DNA of 64,000 bases, from contig JBLDXI010000009.1 in assembly GCA_047495785.1 (NCBI GenBank), positions 1,736,001 to 1,800,000 of the forward strand. Direction: 5' to 3'. The DNA is from Lepidodermella squamata (lineage: Eukaryota > Animalia > Gastrotricha). Within the stretch, counting starts at the first letter, position 1. Every line of letters starts with the position of its first letter. Below, in pieces: positions 22,849 to 39,528 of this stretch. The notes beneath the pieces were generated by a model. It ran no database searches. It had not been told where the DNA came from and worked only from the letters and a program-made list of their open reading frames with translations. Both the position numbers and the translations under genes were made by a program.

Positions 22849-24844
22849 GGCCAGCGTTAAGTGAACTCGGAATAAACGCTAAAAATTCAAAAATATTACC
22901 CGCGTCACTGGCCGAATCGTCTTCCTTCATATTTAAAATTAACGACTAGGAGACAAAATGCTTTATTTTAAAACAAATTTGCTAATTTTCTATAAACGTT
23001 TTTGTTTTTCTGTTTCGAATGAAGGGTTAGAGCCTGGGGACGTCAAAATGCTCAAAAAAATCTGCCAGAATTCTAGGATGCTTCGTTGGAATTCAGGCTT
23101 GCTGGAAAAGCGCGTTTCCTAGTGGCTGTGCCACAGTCAAAAGCAGCGGTGTGAGACTAGGCCAACATAGAGTTCCTTGATTCGCCTTTTGCCTAACGAA
23201 AGTTGTAGCCCACTAACAGCTGCAAGTTGCAAGTAATAATCTAAGAGGATGTTAGAGGTCGCTAGTCGCTAACCGCTGTCATCGGTAGCTATTTCACACT
23301 TTACACCTCTGATTCGTATGGCAGATTTTTCGTCAAGAGGCACCAAGTCCCCAAACTACCCACCGCTGACATCACGAGAAGCTGTGATCAAATGCGTCAG
23401 ATTGTCCAAAGCCCAAAAGCGAATAGCGTCTAGCGTATACCTGTGTACCGAAGCAACAACACCAACCAGTGAATGGGCCGTCGCTTAAAAGCTCTGAACA
23501 TTGAACATGAAGATATAATTCATTCGCTTCTTGAATTTTACGATGGTCTTTCGTCATACTGCTTTTGTCGTCAAATTTATTGATCACTATGTCATAATGG
23601 ACCCGTAATGTTTCTACTTGTTTATTGATTAGTGCTGCAAGATCGGTGTATCGCCACTACCTACGGTTACATTTTACTGTTCTAAACTCCAATACGAAGC
23701 CCAAGAATATCGTCGGGAAACTGGCGACTGGGCCCGTGAATCCCATCTATCCATGCTACCATCATCGCACACGTACAAGAGTATACGGGACTGCTTTTTA
23801 AGAATGCAGGTTAGCTGCAGTGTCGATGCTACAGGCTAGAGCTGGCAGAAAATCAAGACATTTTCCATAGAACTGTATTTCCGCTTATTCTTAAAAGCTG
23901 TTCATCTGCTTAACTACGTCTTGGAGGGTTTGTTCGCTGGGGCAAGTTCGAGGCTTTTCTGTTTTAGTAATGAAAACGCGGATTTGTACATTTGTTTTTG
24001 AATTCTCCGCGTCTTGCGTAAGTAAAGAATCATAGGAAGAATGGCGATGGTTTCTCAAGCTCCCCTTGGCTCAACCGCGAAGTTCGCTTGCTCTAGCAGG
24101 TTGAAGACGGGTCAAGTTGTTGCCTTGTTCCCTGTTTCTACGAGTCAGAATGAGCTACGAGGATTATATATAGTTTATTCGTCACCGAGCCGTGTTTATT
24201 TTACCATCTGCTTTTGGTTCAGAGAAACTTATTAACATATGAAGATTATTTAGATTCGGTGTATAGCGTTAATGTAGGCAAATCCATAAAATCGCTGCAT
24301 ATTCTTTTATCTTCATGGTGAAATCACTAGGTTGAAGATATTGCACCAACATCTGTCATTTGAGAAAGTAACTTCAGCGCATTGTATTACTTCCCAGTGA
24401 GTTAAGTCGGTTGATTACGAATTCCTGGCTTGCCAAAATCTCAGTAGTGTTAATATTGTATGCTGAATACTAGATGTGATGTTGCGTAGTAAGAGCAATT
24501 AGCTTTCATACCACTAATCATGACCTTTTTCTCTAGTGAAGTCTCTATGCATAGCTTGGTATTCTCAGAGTATCTACGTACTTCTGGTGCTTTCCATTTT
24601 GTCTAGTTGGGATGTTTTTATGTGGCGTTCGCAAAACTATCGATTTGCCACATCATGCAGTTGCCCACAGGGATTTCACGTTTGAATAAATTAAATACCA
24701 TGCATTGTCAATAGCATCTGATGGCAGCGCTTTGTTTTAGTCGAAATGCGACATTTCAGCTCAATTGACGTGTTTATTTGCTCTTCAATAGGTAAATTAT
24801 AGCTATTGTCGCTGTAGATAACGAGGCGATTGTTCTATTAGGCA

Positions 24845-26126
<1,282 letters not shown>

Positions 26127-28410
26127 GTGTCGCCGCAAACATGATGAATTTTATAATGGGAATACTTCTGTAATGTTATCTAAAACGTGATTTCGATCTT
26201 TTTGTACTACAAGTAACCAGAAAACACCGTCAACGGCGAGTAATTGATAATAATGATGATCCCGTTGCTTGCTTGCTTTCCCGCTTTACCTGACGGACAA
26301 GCACGAAACTGTGCCTCGAAATGACTTGAGAGGCCTCTTTAGTTTTGTTCAACCGTGTATACTTTATTCCACATTGTGTTCATCCGTCTTCTGCCATGGT
26401 ATAACTTGAGTTCGGTTTTGTTATAACGCTCTTCATCATCTTCTGCTTTTTCGCGTGTCTTACTATCAATATTTTTTCCGATTTTGCATAGCGTGTGAGG
26501 TTAATATCACAACTGTGTTACTATTGAGAAAAATACAAGTTTGTAACTTGTTAGTGTTGTGCGTCGTCACATGATTGTATATTTTGATGCCTGTAACCCA
26601 ATTATTGATTGTTAATTTTAGCTCATGATGATGATAATGATGAAGCAACTATTAAACGATTTTATGTCTACGTGGCTACTTATCAACTGTCAGTTGGTTT
26701 TTACCTGATTTAATTTTAATTATCCTGGTGGCTTTCCTCGTCTGTTAGTAATGAATAAAAAAAGCTGATCTAATATAAAATTGTTATATGTAACTTATAT
26801 TTTTGTTCGTCTTGCTTTATGATGTGTGCTACTCGTTCTAATTTTGACACAGAAATGACCTTTTATCTAGGTTTATTCTATTGTGCGCTTATATCGATCG
26901 ATTTTTAATCGATCAGATGAAATATTTCTTTCTCGTGCGTTCAGTGATATGTTCGGAATTTTGAATGGAGAAACCAATCCGACTCGCTGCTTGTGCATAT
27001 CTAAAAAATTAATATTTTAAGGTTAATTTGCATAGGTGCTCGTTGTGCAGTGTTCGAGTCTTGAGAATGAAGTCCAAGATTGAAGTTATGTATTATCATC
27101 TCGCTCCATTCGGTGATGTGTGGCGGTTGTAAATGATATAGTATGACGGCCATTTTTGTCTAAATTTCGTACGATAGAACTCCACCACCCTCTGTGTTGT
27201 ACCTTTTCACCGCCCTTCGAGGCACCTGGTTTAGGACGTGATTAGTCTTTATTCACATAATTCTCTTATTTTTCTAGTATATTTAAACGAAATTCCCTTC
27301 GACGTTGTTTTTTTTCTCTCCCTCCATCTCTTCTTCTCCGCGTGTGCACGCCTTTATTTAATTATTGTATATGAAAATTATATTATGAATGTTATACGAC
27401 ATGATATCTATATAAATAACAGGGATGATTCAATAATAATATCATAATATTTGATTGATTATGAAAAATTGAAGATATCCTGACGTAACAATCAGACACG
27501 CATTGGCATGCACGCGTTTTAATAAAATACTTATGTGTCAAAGTTATCGAATTTTTATTGCGTTTTCTTATGGCGCGGGTGCTTTTTGTCCGCTTAGAAC
27601 GATGATTTTCCTCATTTGCGTAAGTAATTGTGCGAAGTGGAGGAAAGCCGCATAGCCGAATTATTTGCCTCGGTGGTTGAGCAGCTGGTCTACAGCTAAT
27701 ATTATTATTTCATCAATGGATTCGCTAAAAATCAATTTCTATTCGTTGCAACACTCAAATCTTGCGGCTTGAAGTTGCGCCGCTCACAAAAAAGTTTTTT
27801 TTGTGAAATATAGAATAAGGGATGCACACAGGTAGCAAGCGCCTCGGGCGAAAACAAATGAGAAACGTCATCGATTTCGTGGAAGCCGCGCTATAGCGAT
27901 ATTCAGCCGATTATTTTCTCTGCTCGTGGTACTCGTATTTTTAGAAGGCAAATATCATCAATGGCCTGTTCTGTGCTCACCGGATGGCATTAGGCAGCCG
28001 AAATAATATTATTATAGCATTCAAGAGCTATTCACTCACTATTCCAGCCGCAGAAAGGCGCATCATCATTGCGTGTTTTACGACATCATTAATCATTATT
28101 ATCATTGCCATAAAAATGCCACGATGGGCAGGTGCCTCGCTGACTTCAAAAGATTGATACCTCGGTTTACAACGTGAACGTTTATTCACCATGAAAATGT
28201 GACGCTAATAATTGTAGAAAAGAAGAGAAAGTAGCGAAGTAGCGAAACGGCACTACTTGCAGACGGTTATAAATTGAATTAAAACTCGGACTGCTGAAGG
28301 GTGTAATAAGATTGTGATCGATTTTTTTATAGAAAATAGCGTCGTTGTTCGATGACAGGCAAACTATGCAGGCTCTTCGTTTTTGAGGGCGATCCGCAGT
28401 TCGCTGCATT

Positions 28411-30604
28411 TCAATCTGTGATCAAAGAAACTGGACAAAAGTTGAGCATAAAACATGAGGGCCAGAGAAATGACTCACTTCCTCTTTCCTTCAGAATAGA
28501 TGCGGTCTCGGAGAGATTGACGGCGATCGGATGATCTTTAGTGAACTTTTTCATCGAATCACCGAGGTGAATCTCGATATTCCGTGGCAGCTCGCGGGGA
28601 ATAGATAGTAACTCCTGTAGAACAGAACCATCGTTGAGCGATGTTGCGAATAAATTGGGTGTTATCTGACACCGCTTCATAGAAAGTACAGTTAAATAGC
28701 GAGATTTCACGAAGCCTAACATGAGGAGTCTAGCACCTTCATCGCCGATTGGGTTTTCATTTAAAGAAAGCACGTTCAGTGAAGACTTTTTAACAAATGC
28801 CAGGATATCAGCACAACAGCTTTTGGTAAGGTAATTTGATTTCAGATACAGCGTAGTAAGATTAGGGCAGAAGACAAGGCTTTCCATCAATTTCTTACAA
28901 CCTTCACTGTCGATCGAATTGCAGCTCAGATCCAATAGCGATAAGGGTGTGAAGACAAAAGAACGGCATAGATTTGTCAGCTGCACACTTCGTATACCGC
29001 AGTTTTTCAAGTTCAGAATAGCCAAATGTGAAGCTCGGCTAAGGATTCGATGCAGATAAACGTCGCCATTGTTTGATGTAAGCTGAAGGTTCATCGATAG
29101 GTCTAGCATTTGAATGCTGATTTCATCGGTCTCTGCCAGCAAATCAGCCAGCAAATGCAAGTGGGAACCATCCAACCCGACGCCTATAATAGAAAAAATC
29201 AGCAAATTACGTGTTTCCCAAAATACGTTTTTACCGCTCAGTTCCAAGTTACAGAAACCTTGCCCTCTTTTCAGCAGAAATCCAAGACAGATAACAATGT
29301 AATGAAGCTGCAAGAAGGAAAGTTTAATAAGTAAAGTACCTAGTCTTTTTCTACATACTTACCTTGTGTTGCTGATGGCAGCAAGCTGACTGTTCGGCAT
29401 AGAAAGAATCATTGAACAAGGCTTCGCTAAGACACATCTGTGCCAATGACAGCTTTCCTGACTCGTAAGCCGCCTCAATAACAGCACATTGCCAATCGAA
29501 TGAATCTTTGCGATTGAACAAGTTGTTTAATTTTTCCAGATCGCCAACAGCGGCAGCAAGATTCACCGTTTCCTTCAAGCTGCGGTAGCCTTGCATTTCA
29601 GGTGGAAAAGCTAGGTAGCGGTAAACAAGGGAGTGTGTGTGGTAAGAAAGGTAGAATTGGTTAGCCAAGGACTCTGTAAACTTCTCCAACCCAGCCGATT
29701 GCCGACGCTGGTTCTCAAATTGGGCGGATAGCAATCCGAAAAACATTCTGACGACATTGGCTGTGAGAGGCAGAGCTTCCATCGCACGGCGCCAAACTTG
29801 ACAGCTATCGATAATTCGCTTGGAAACTACAACGTCTGCAGAAAGCGGAGAGCCGACATTCTTCACCGATGCGATTTCACTAGCGATGTACCACACATTT
29901 GCCGATAAATATAAGGCTGCTAAATATTCCGCTACCAAGTGACTAGTAAATTTCCCAATTTTATGACCGTCAACTCTCTCAGGGAGAACTTCAATGAGCC
30001 CATAAGAGCTCAATTTCAACTTTGAAAGTTCGCCGATATTGCTGTTGATTCCGGGATAGAGAGATGGAATTTTTGTCAACTCGAAGTGGAACGGTTTCAA
30101 CAATCCTGTTTGATCGATGCGCTGAAGACGATTGCGTTTTCTTAGCTTTGAAAGCAATCCACGTGTGTTCAGCTTAGCCTCGGTCGATATCGTGTCGAAT
30201 GCCAATCGGCTGATATCAGCCAGCAATCGATCAATACTTCTCTCATCTTCCGTCATCGGTGGTTTCTTCAACTTTTCTGTTGTATTCTTACTCAGAAAGA
30301 AGTGGAAGAATTCACCAAGAAGTTGATGGCTAGTTGAAACCTTCTCCCCAGGAGTGTTGATTTTCTGAAGGTAATTGTCGATAAAGGCACAAAATGCATT
30401 ATCGGTTTTAACTACGTCCGCAAAGCTCGATACAACAGCACCGGAAACCTTCAAGACTGGAGGCCAAGCTGCGTCCTGGCGTTGGCACAACGTGGAATGT
30501 AGTAATAGCTGGGCTACATCCTCGGATCGGATAGTAGATTCCGGTTTCGCGGCAACCGGTTTCTGAGCTGGGGAATCTGGAGTGGTGATGCAGCAAATGG
30601 TCAT
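28411..30604 (-). CDS. NLR-like protein: winged-helix/HD2-like region plus RI-type leucine-rich repeats, no recognisable P-loop
   Basis: FTSHLVAEYLAALYL resembles the NLR winged-helix motif FxHLxFQEFLAALY. RI-like LRRs: LDLSMN, LNLKNCGI, LDLSCNSIDSEG, LYLKSNYL, LSLNENPIGDEGA. Introns at about 29361-29308 and 29234-29184. Confidence 0.65.
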
Positions 30605-30899
30605 TTTTATTTCTCAGCAAAATTTCAAACCAAAAGGAAGACCAGAACTTTTGAGGTGGACTTTTTATTATTTATGATCTTTCACTTCTTCAACGGACGT
30701 TTCTTCTCTCATTATTGCAATTGGATCGATTATACTCGCAGTTGGTAGTTTTCCAGGGAACGAGGAAAAAATGTAACTAGAATTCTTAATAAACGGGGTT
30801 AAATGTGGCGCTTGGTGTGCAATTGCCTCACATTTCCTCACCAAAAATAGGCACGTTCCTTAGAGATTTGTATTGATGAGGGTAATTTGCGAGGCGATG

Positions 30900-33284
30900 A
30901 TACGAAGCAAAATGATAACAACACATGCAATATCATCATTTAATGTGGTACCAATTAGGGTATTGAAATGGCGTTGTAAATTCAATTTGGCGTCTTATAG
31001 TTAAATGCGATAAACCGCGTGCTCGCGCGCAGTGTTCTACTGCGATGCGCGCAATCGACACCCGCGCGCCCTCTCGCCTCTCGCACCCGTTGGCTCGATA
31101 AATAGATAGATAATAAATAATAATAAGATGATCGCCGGCCGACATGGGTGTCGCTTTCGCCAAATGACAAAATTGACTCGGCAGCAACAGCATGACGACG
31201 GCATTAATAGCATACCGATCATCCGCATAGACTGTATCAAAACTACAATAATTCGGGGTAAAGTGGTGATGGAGATACAATTGTCGCGCGCGCTCCTCGA
31301 GGACACCTCGTAATTTTACAATAATATAAGCGAGTCGCAACAAATTGGCCCATCCCTCGCCCCAATCTCATAGGAGCGCGCGCTAATAATACGATTTGTG
31401 GCCTCTCGCCGCGTATTACTTCACAGTTTATCGTCGCAGTTTTAATTTCAGGTTTTGACTCTCTCTGGCTAAGACAGTCGTCCCCAGATGCCAGATACGA
31501 GTCGCGCGAAAAATGAGGTCGGTAATTGGCGATTTCGTATTTAGCAGCCGCGCGCGACTGATACGACTCGCAAACGCACTCGCTGTTCTGTCGGAGGCCG
31601 CGCACCACTGCGCGGATCAAAACAAGACATGCATGTTGACATCGTCATGTAATCTTCTCACACCAGCACCAGCCGCCGACCTCTTTCTGATGTTTCAAGA
31701 AACACGCAAAGACAGTGGTTGGTAGAAAAACTTTAAGAACGCCACGCTGCTCAGCAAATAACGTCAGCGAAATGTGACGGCGACAGGGCTTGAGGTTGAA
31801 CATTTCTTCTTTGATACCTCGCCTCTCCGCGCCAAGTTTACTTTTATTTAAATGCCGTTCCTTGTTTGCTCGCTTTAGACAAAGGTCGAGCGAGGCCGCC
31901 GCGCATAGCAGTTTATTATCATTATTACTCACCGATCTCGGATTAGCGCAATTTAAAAAGTTTACCCAACAACACCCTGCGCGCGGTTCCTTTTCTACCA
32001 CAGGTGGATTTCTACGAAATAATATAATCATGTTTGCAGCGCGTACACCGTACGCGTGGCGTGCCTGGTGATGTATCTTATTCTAGTTCGGGGGCGCATA
32101 ACCATTGCCCGAAGTGGTCATTACGGCCTAGTTGTTTATAGAAGCTCGCGCGGCTCTTTTGGCGCCGCTGCCGGTGACACACACGCGGGTGGCTGTGATA
32201 GGCCAAATATTAGGCAGTCGGGCGATGAGCAGAGAGAGCGCCTACTACACCGGAACCGCGCAAATTATGACAATAATCGACAGTGTAATTATTCGCAAAA
32301 CAACGCATAACTTTGGTGTTGGGTAGAATAGCAGCGTGTGAGCGGTGGAAACTTTCTCTCACCTTGCGGCCGCGCGGTCGTTTGACGGACGCGCTCGAAT
32401 ACCGATCTCTAAAATATGCGCGCACGGGTGTATATCAATTTTTCTTCTGCCTTTTACCTCCATATTGTCGTTTCATCTTCTATTAAGATGATCAATAATT
32501 CGAGGCTGCCTTGATGCACCTCGTTTTAGCAGCTAGATATATGTCTTCACCGCGCGCTATAAAGGTGCTGTGATAACCATTAAGCTCTTCATCGGCGTGT
32601 CTGAAGCCACCGCCCCGCTTCAAAATCGAATTGCTAAACATCTGCAGGCGACCACTTGTCGCCATTTAGGAGCCGCCGCCATAGAGGTGCGATCGCGCGC
32701 TTCTTCAAGTGGGTGGCGCCGCTTTAATGTTATGCGCTTCACCTCAACTATCTCGTGTTACTTAATGGCTTGCACGGCAATTTATTGACCCCAATGTTGT
32801 TATTATTATTGCTGCTGCTTCTATATTGCTATCATAATTATCCTTAGCGCGCAGGGTAAGACAAAACCCGAAAGTGATCGCGAAATATTTGTAGTATTTA
32901 ATGCCGCGATCGAACGCGTCCTCTCGCGCGCGAAAGAGAGCGAAGGGGCGAAATCGTCGCGCTTCTTCGCCATCATCAATTTCTTATACGCGATATTAGT
33001 GTGTTTATCGCCGGCGCTATAAGATAATAGCCGCCGCGAGCGTCATGTCACCTACTACTACGCCGTGGCGCCTTTTATGGCCAAGTCACAAGCCGCTGGC
33101 GCCTTAGTAGTGTCGCATTAATAATTCACCTTGTTTTCAAACCCAACCCACCGATCGGGCCTAATTAGATCGCAAGCGGCTAATTGTGGTTAAGCACACA
33201 ACATTGCCAACTGCACCTCACGTTTAGGATCGAAATCGCCACTAGGCAAAAAACTTGTATGATAATTGTTTTTCGCTCCCTTAG
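30900..33284. promoter_or_regulatory. CpG/CGCG-rich non-coding regulatory domain upstream of PRDM14
   Basis: About 30 CGCG-containing runs counted by eye in ~2.1 kb, interleaved with TAAT/ATTA cores (ctaattag ~33161, gctaattg ~33179). The ORFs here have no credible protein features. It ends at the acceptor ccttag (33284). Confidence 0.55.
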
Positions 33285-33314
33285 GCTGAGCAAATACATA
33301 TTGCTTGAATCAGT

Positions 33315-35722
<2,408 letters not shown>

Positions 35723-37188
35723 AAGCTGGAGAATGACTCGAACACAGATATTATCTATATTATGCAAACTATTATATTGTGCTTCTTAAAATGACTTGAG
35801 AATCTTTTGATATTTAAAAAGCTATTCAGCACTTCAATCAAATACTCAAATTTGTTATATATCAGTACAAATGTCGTATCAAGTTGTGACCTCTTGTTAT
35901 AATTTTGTGAGGTAAATTTTCTGTGCAAAATTTATTAAAAAATTTACCAAAAATTTTGTCTTGAATGTATCTAAAAATCTTATGAAACTTCAGCCTTTTG
36001 ATGAAAATGCAACTAAAATGTATGCAATTAAATATTATATTATTAACGCTTATATTCTGAGAGCGAGTTGAATCGAAGCGCCTTTGAAATTTATATAGAT
36101 ATAAATATGGGTTCAGATCTTGAAATAAAAGCGTGGAGCCGATCGTGTATCGTAATTTTCCTAGGAATTGGCAAAAGGTGTGCGGAATAAATGTAAACAG
36201 CTAGTCTGAAACCAGCTTACACTGGGTCCTGGATCGTAAAAGCTCTAAATTTCAAACTTTTAATGACGAGTTCTTGCAAAGCCACTGTCGCAGTCATGCA
36301 TCAACGTCACTTTTCATTTGAAAGCTTTGACCTTCCAGCGTATACTAGTTCCAGACTGTCTCCATGTATTCCATAGATCTTGCCAAGACAACGAACGAAC
36401 TAATTAGCACACGTCTGCTGCTGAAATTAAGTAAAAGGTCAATTCAGTTCCCGCTATATTCCGTCCGGCTAGTCTTCATCTGCTTCTAAAAGGGAATAAT
36501 TACCTAACAGAATTGTCCCTAATCCATTCGAAAATCAACGAGCAACACTCGAAATTTCAGCACTGATTATCTCGGGCAAAGCACTGTCGCTGTCACAAAT
36601 CAATGCCGTTTTTTTTCATTGAAAAAGAATATAGCATATAAAACGTCCCGGCTTCCGACGAACTATTCCGTTTTTTAATAATATGCGAATAGACATCTTT
36701 TGTCGCCCTCGAATGACGTTAGACCTCTCGATTTGAATATAAATCAATTAAAAAAATGACAGATTTTGCTTGTCGTTTGTGTCTCTGACGCAAAGGAGTT
36801 TTGTACCAAGAATAGCAAATTATAAAGACGTCCACTTCTCTGGAAAATACTTGTTAAAGTTATATCTCCTCGTCGGCTGAAATGATTACACGGTCAAAAG
36901 CACTCTCATCTACGACAAATCGACGGATGAGGACTGAAGATTAATAAGACACCTCAGCTAATTTAATCAATTAACCGGAGGATATATAGCTTGTCGGTGA
37001 GTGAAAAGTAAGGCATAATACACATCTTTTGGGGCAAAATAGACAACTCATTTTCTCTCACCCTGGCTTCGAATTGTCATTTCATGCCTCAAGCCCTTCA
37101 ACTTGATCCATTCGCGGAGAAAACAAGTTGAATCCATGTCAATATCATCATTTTTTATTCTAAAATTGGGCAAATCAAAGCCACCCTT

Positions 37189-38236
37189 TCAATAAGGCGT
37201 CGACCTTTGCAGTAGTTTCACAATATCATAGAAGCCACCCTTCGTGGCAAGTTTAATCGGGGTATCTCCTTTATCATCACTTGCCGAAATGTCCGCCCCG
37301 CTCTCTATTAGCAATCTAACAGCCTCAGTTCTGCCCTGCGCGCTCGCCCACATCAACGCAGTGTAGTCGCACTGGCAGCGATCCTCCAAATTAGGTCGAG
37401 AAGCCAGCAGCACCCGCACGGTTTCTGTCCCACCATTTTTTGCTGCGTACATTAAGGCGGAGTAGCCATTGCCCGCTTGCGCATTGACGTCTGCTCCGCC
37501 ATCTAGAAGCACCCTCGAAATTTCAGCACTGTTGCTGCCGTTGCAAACGGCTGACCATATTAGCGCAGTTGAGTCGGTTAGATTCAGTCCGCAGTGAAAT
37601 GCGGTAGGATATCTAGCATTCGGATCCACCCCTCGAACCCGTACTAGATCCCTCACTGTGTAAGGGTCATCCATGACGACAGCAGTTTTCAAGTCAGCGA
37701 TATATCGCTGTTCATTAAATTGAAAAATTAAAATATTTTGACAATTATTATTCTAACCCTCATATTCTGGGCGTTTGATGGACCAGGTCTAGTTGTTGGA
37801 TCAGTCAGGAAGAAGTAATCTGATGTTGAGGCGGCTTGAGTAGTTGCCGCTGTAAAAGCTTGCGTTGTAGCAGTAGTAGTAGTAGTAGTAGTAGTTGTTG
37901 TTGTTGTCCTTCTAGTGGTTTCGCGAAGGCAGGCATTTAGAGGCGGTAGCCAAGATCGGCCCGCACATATACTCTCGAATTCCAGATCCGCGGAGGAACA
38001 TTTGACTGAAACCACTGTATACTCAGGAAACCGCTCGCCAGCATCTATCGCTCTATCATCTTTGTATACCTGGCCACCGCTAATTCCATCGAACTTGCAC
38101 TTCAAAAAAGTTTTTGAATCGCAAAAAATTAGGCAGAAGTTTCAGTTGGTACCTCTCCGAGCGCCGATGAAGCTCGAATGAAAATTGCTGCTAGACAAGC
38201 AGCAATGTTCAAAATTGATTGTTGAGAGATTGCCAT
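37189..38236 (-). CDS. Secreted protein: signal peptide, Sushi/CCP-like module, Thr-rich linker, ankyrin repeats
   Basis: Exons 38236-38153, 38099-37758 and 37707-37189, with phase-0 introns of 53 and 50 nt. N-terminus MAISQQSILNIAACLAAIFIRASSA. CCP-like C...C...C.GRSWLPPLNAC. Poly-Thr. About four ankyrin repeats (TALIWSA, GYSALMYAA, DYTALMWAS, GDTPIKLA). AATAAA at ~37160. Confidence 0.8.
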
Positions 38237-38854
38237 GATTTCACACTATACTATAGAGGGTATCTAGCCAAGAAACAAAATGTTCTCGTAAAAGAAAGCT
38301 CTCGGCCTTTTGACTTTCATCTATTAACAGTGGTTGAGGTAGCGTCACTAGCCTTGATGAATGTTCGTGCGCCTTGACCGTGCATGTCAGGTAGGAGGGT
38401 GTTCATTGAGTCCGTTAATATACACGCTTCTGTCATCTGTATATGACTAATGCTTAGGTAGCGTAAGCCCATTCCACTTAAACGCAGTGTGTTAATCGGG
38501 ACTAATATTAGCATATCTCTTGAAATTTTGACTATAGCGATAGTGGCTGACGAAATTTTGAGACTGACTTAGCGCCTAAGGTAAACGGAGCGCCAAGGTC
38601 GGGTAGGGTAGGGTACTGACAAGACAGGCGCCGCGAACGATCAACAATGGTCAGCCCTGAACAACGCCTTTAACCGCGCCAGACTCTAAATCGAAAGTTG
38701 AGACTCCTGACGATTTTTTTCATTCTTATCGAATTTCAGAGTCTTGAAAAGTGCCCAAAACTCCGAAATTCTGCGTCCAATTTATCAAATGTCACCAAAA
38801 TTACATGCATTTTTCAAAAATGTTTGCAATTTTGTAGTTTTATCAGAATCATCA

Positions 38855-38909
38855 GGCGACCCCGCGACCCCCATCATAGGTCGCGACCCACGCCGTTTGA
38901 GAAGCGCTG
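38855..38909. mobile_element. Terminus of a non-autonomous hAT (Charlie-like) element
   Basis: ggtcgcgacccacgccgtttgagaagcgctg resembles the GGGTCGCGACCCAC...TTTGAGAA...CTG ends of Charlie-type MITEs. The partner end was not found. Confidence 0.5.
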
Positions 38910-39528
38910 CTCTCGCTTCATTACTGACTTAGACTGAGGATGACAACAAATGATTTATAGATGATGGTTTCTCTGAACATTTCGACCATCGACCATTAGA
39001 GGACCATTATGGACACCCACGTCTACGCCCTCACGCGGTAGCTGCGGGCGTATCCGTGTCAGAAGCTTAAAATCGAAAGTTGCACCTTATCAGTCAAAAA
39101 ACCTTATGCTAATAGCATCGAAGAGCGATACCAGTCGATCGCACTTCACGGCTAAGCGTTTGCGTGGGTCTTGATATTATCTTGTTTTTTTTTGAACAAA
39201 AATTGTCTATATTTCCTCGTAACTATATAATAAGCCTAATCAAATAAGCCCAGTCTCGATGTATCATACATCAACTGAATAATGAGGTGGCTTTTGATTG
39301 ATTTTTTCGAGTACGTTATACTTCAGAAGAATGTTCAAGTATCATGTAGGTGTCATCTATACATAGCATTCAATTTTCGATCTAGAATTGATCTGACAAA
39401 CGTAAAATCCATTATTTGAGTCTGAAATATATATAAAAAGCATCACTCGAACATCGATGTACTATCAAAATTTGTCCTTTCAAAATCTTCAAATTTTTTG
39501 TCTGTCTTTTAGAAATTGAAGTATTGTA

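Noticed and set aside
27665-27700. tRNA-like A-box (ggtggttgagcagctggtcta)
   Set aside because: No B-box/TpsiC arm or cloverleaf follows. No tRNA, rRNA, U7 or SL RNA gene could be supported anywhere in the window.
30936-32788. Many overlapping 60-135 aa ORFs on both strands
   Set aside because: No domains or consistent splice structure. These are by-products of the GC/CpG-rich regulatory DNA.
36270-36960. Kelch-like fragment (LYLLVG*NDY...IYDKSTDED*) and a degenerate direct repeat at ~36276/36576
   Set aside because: Too short and stop-ridden to support a pseudogene call.
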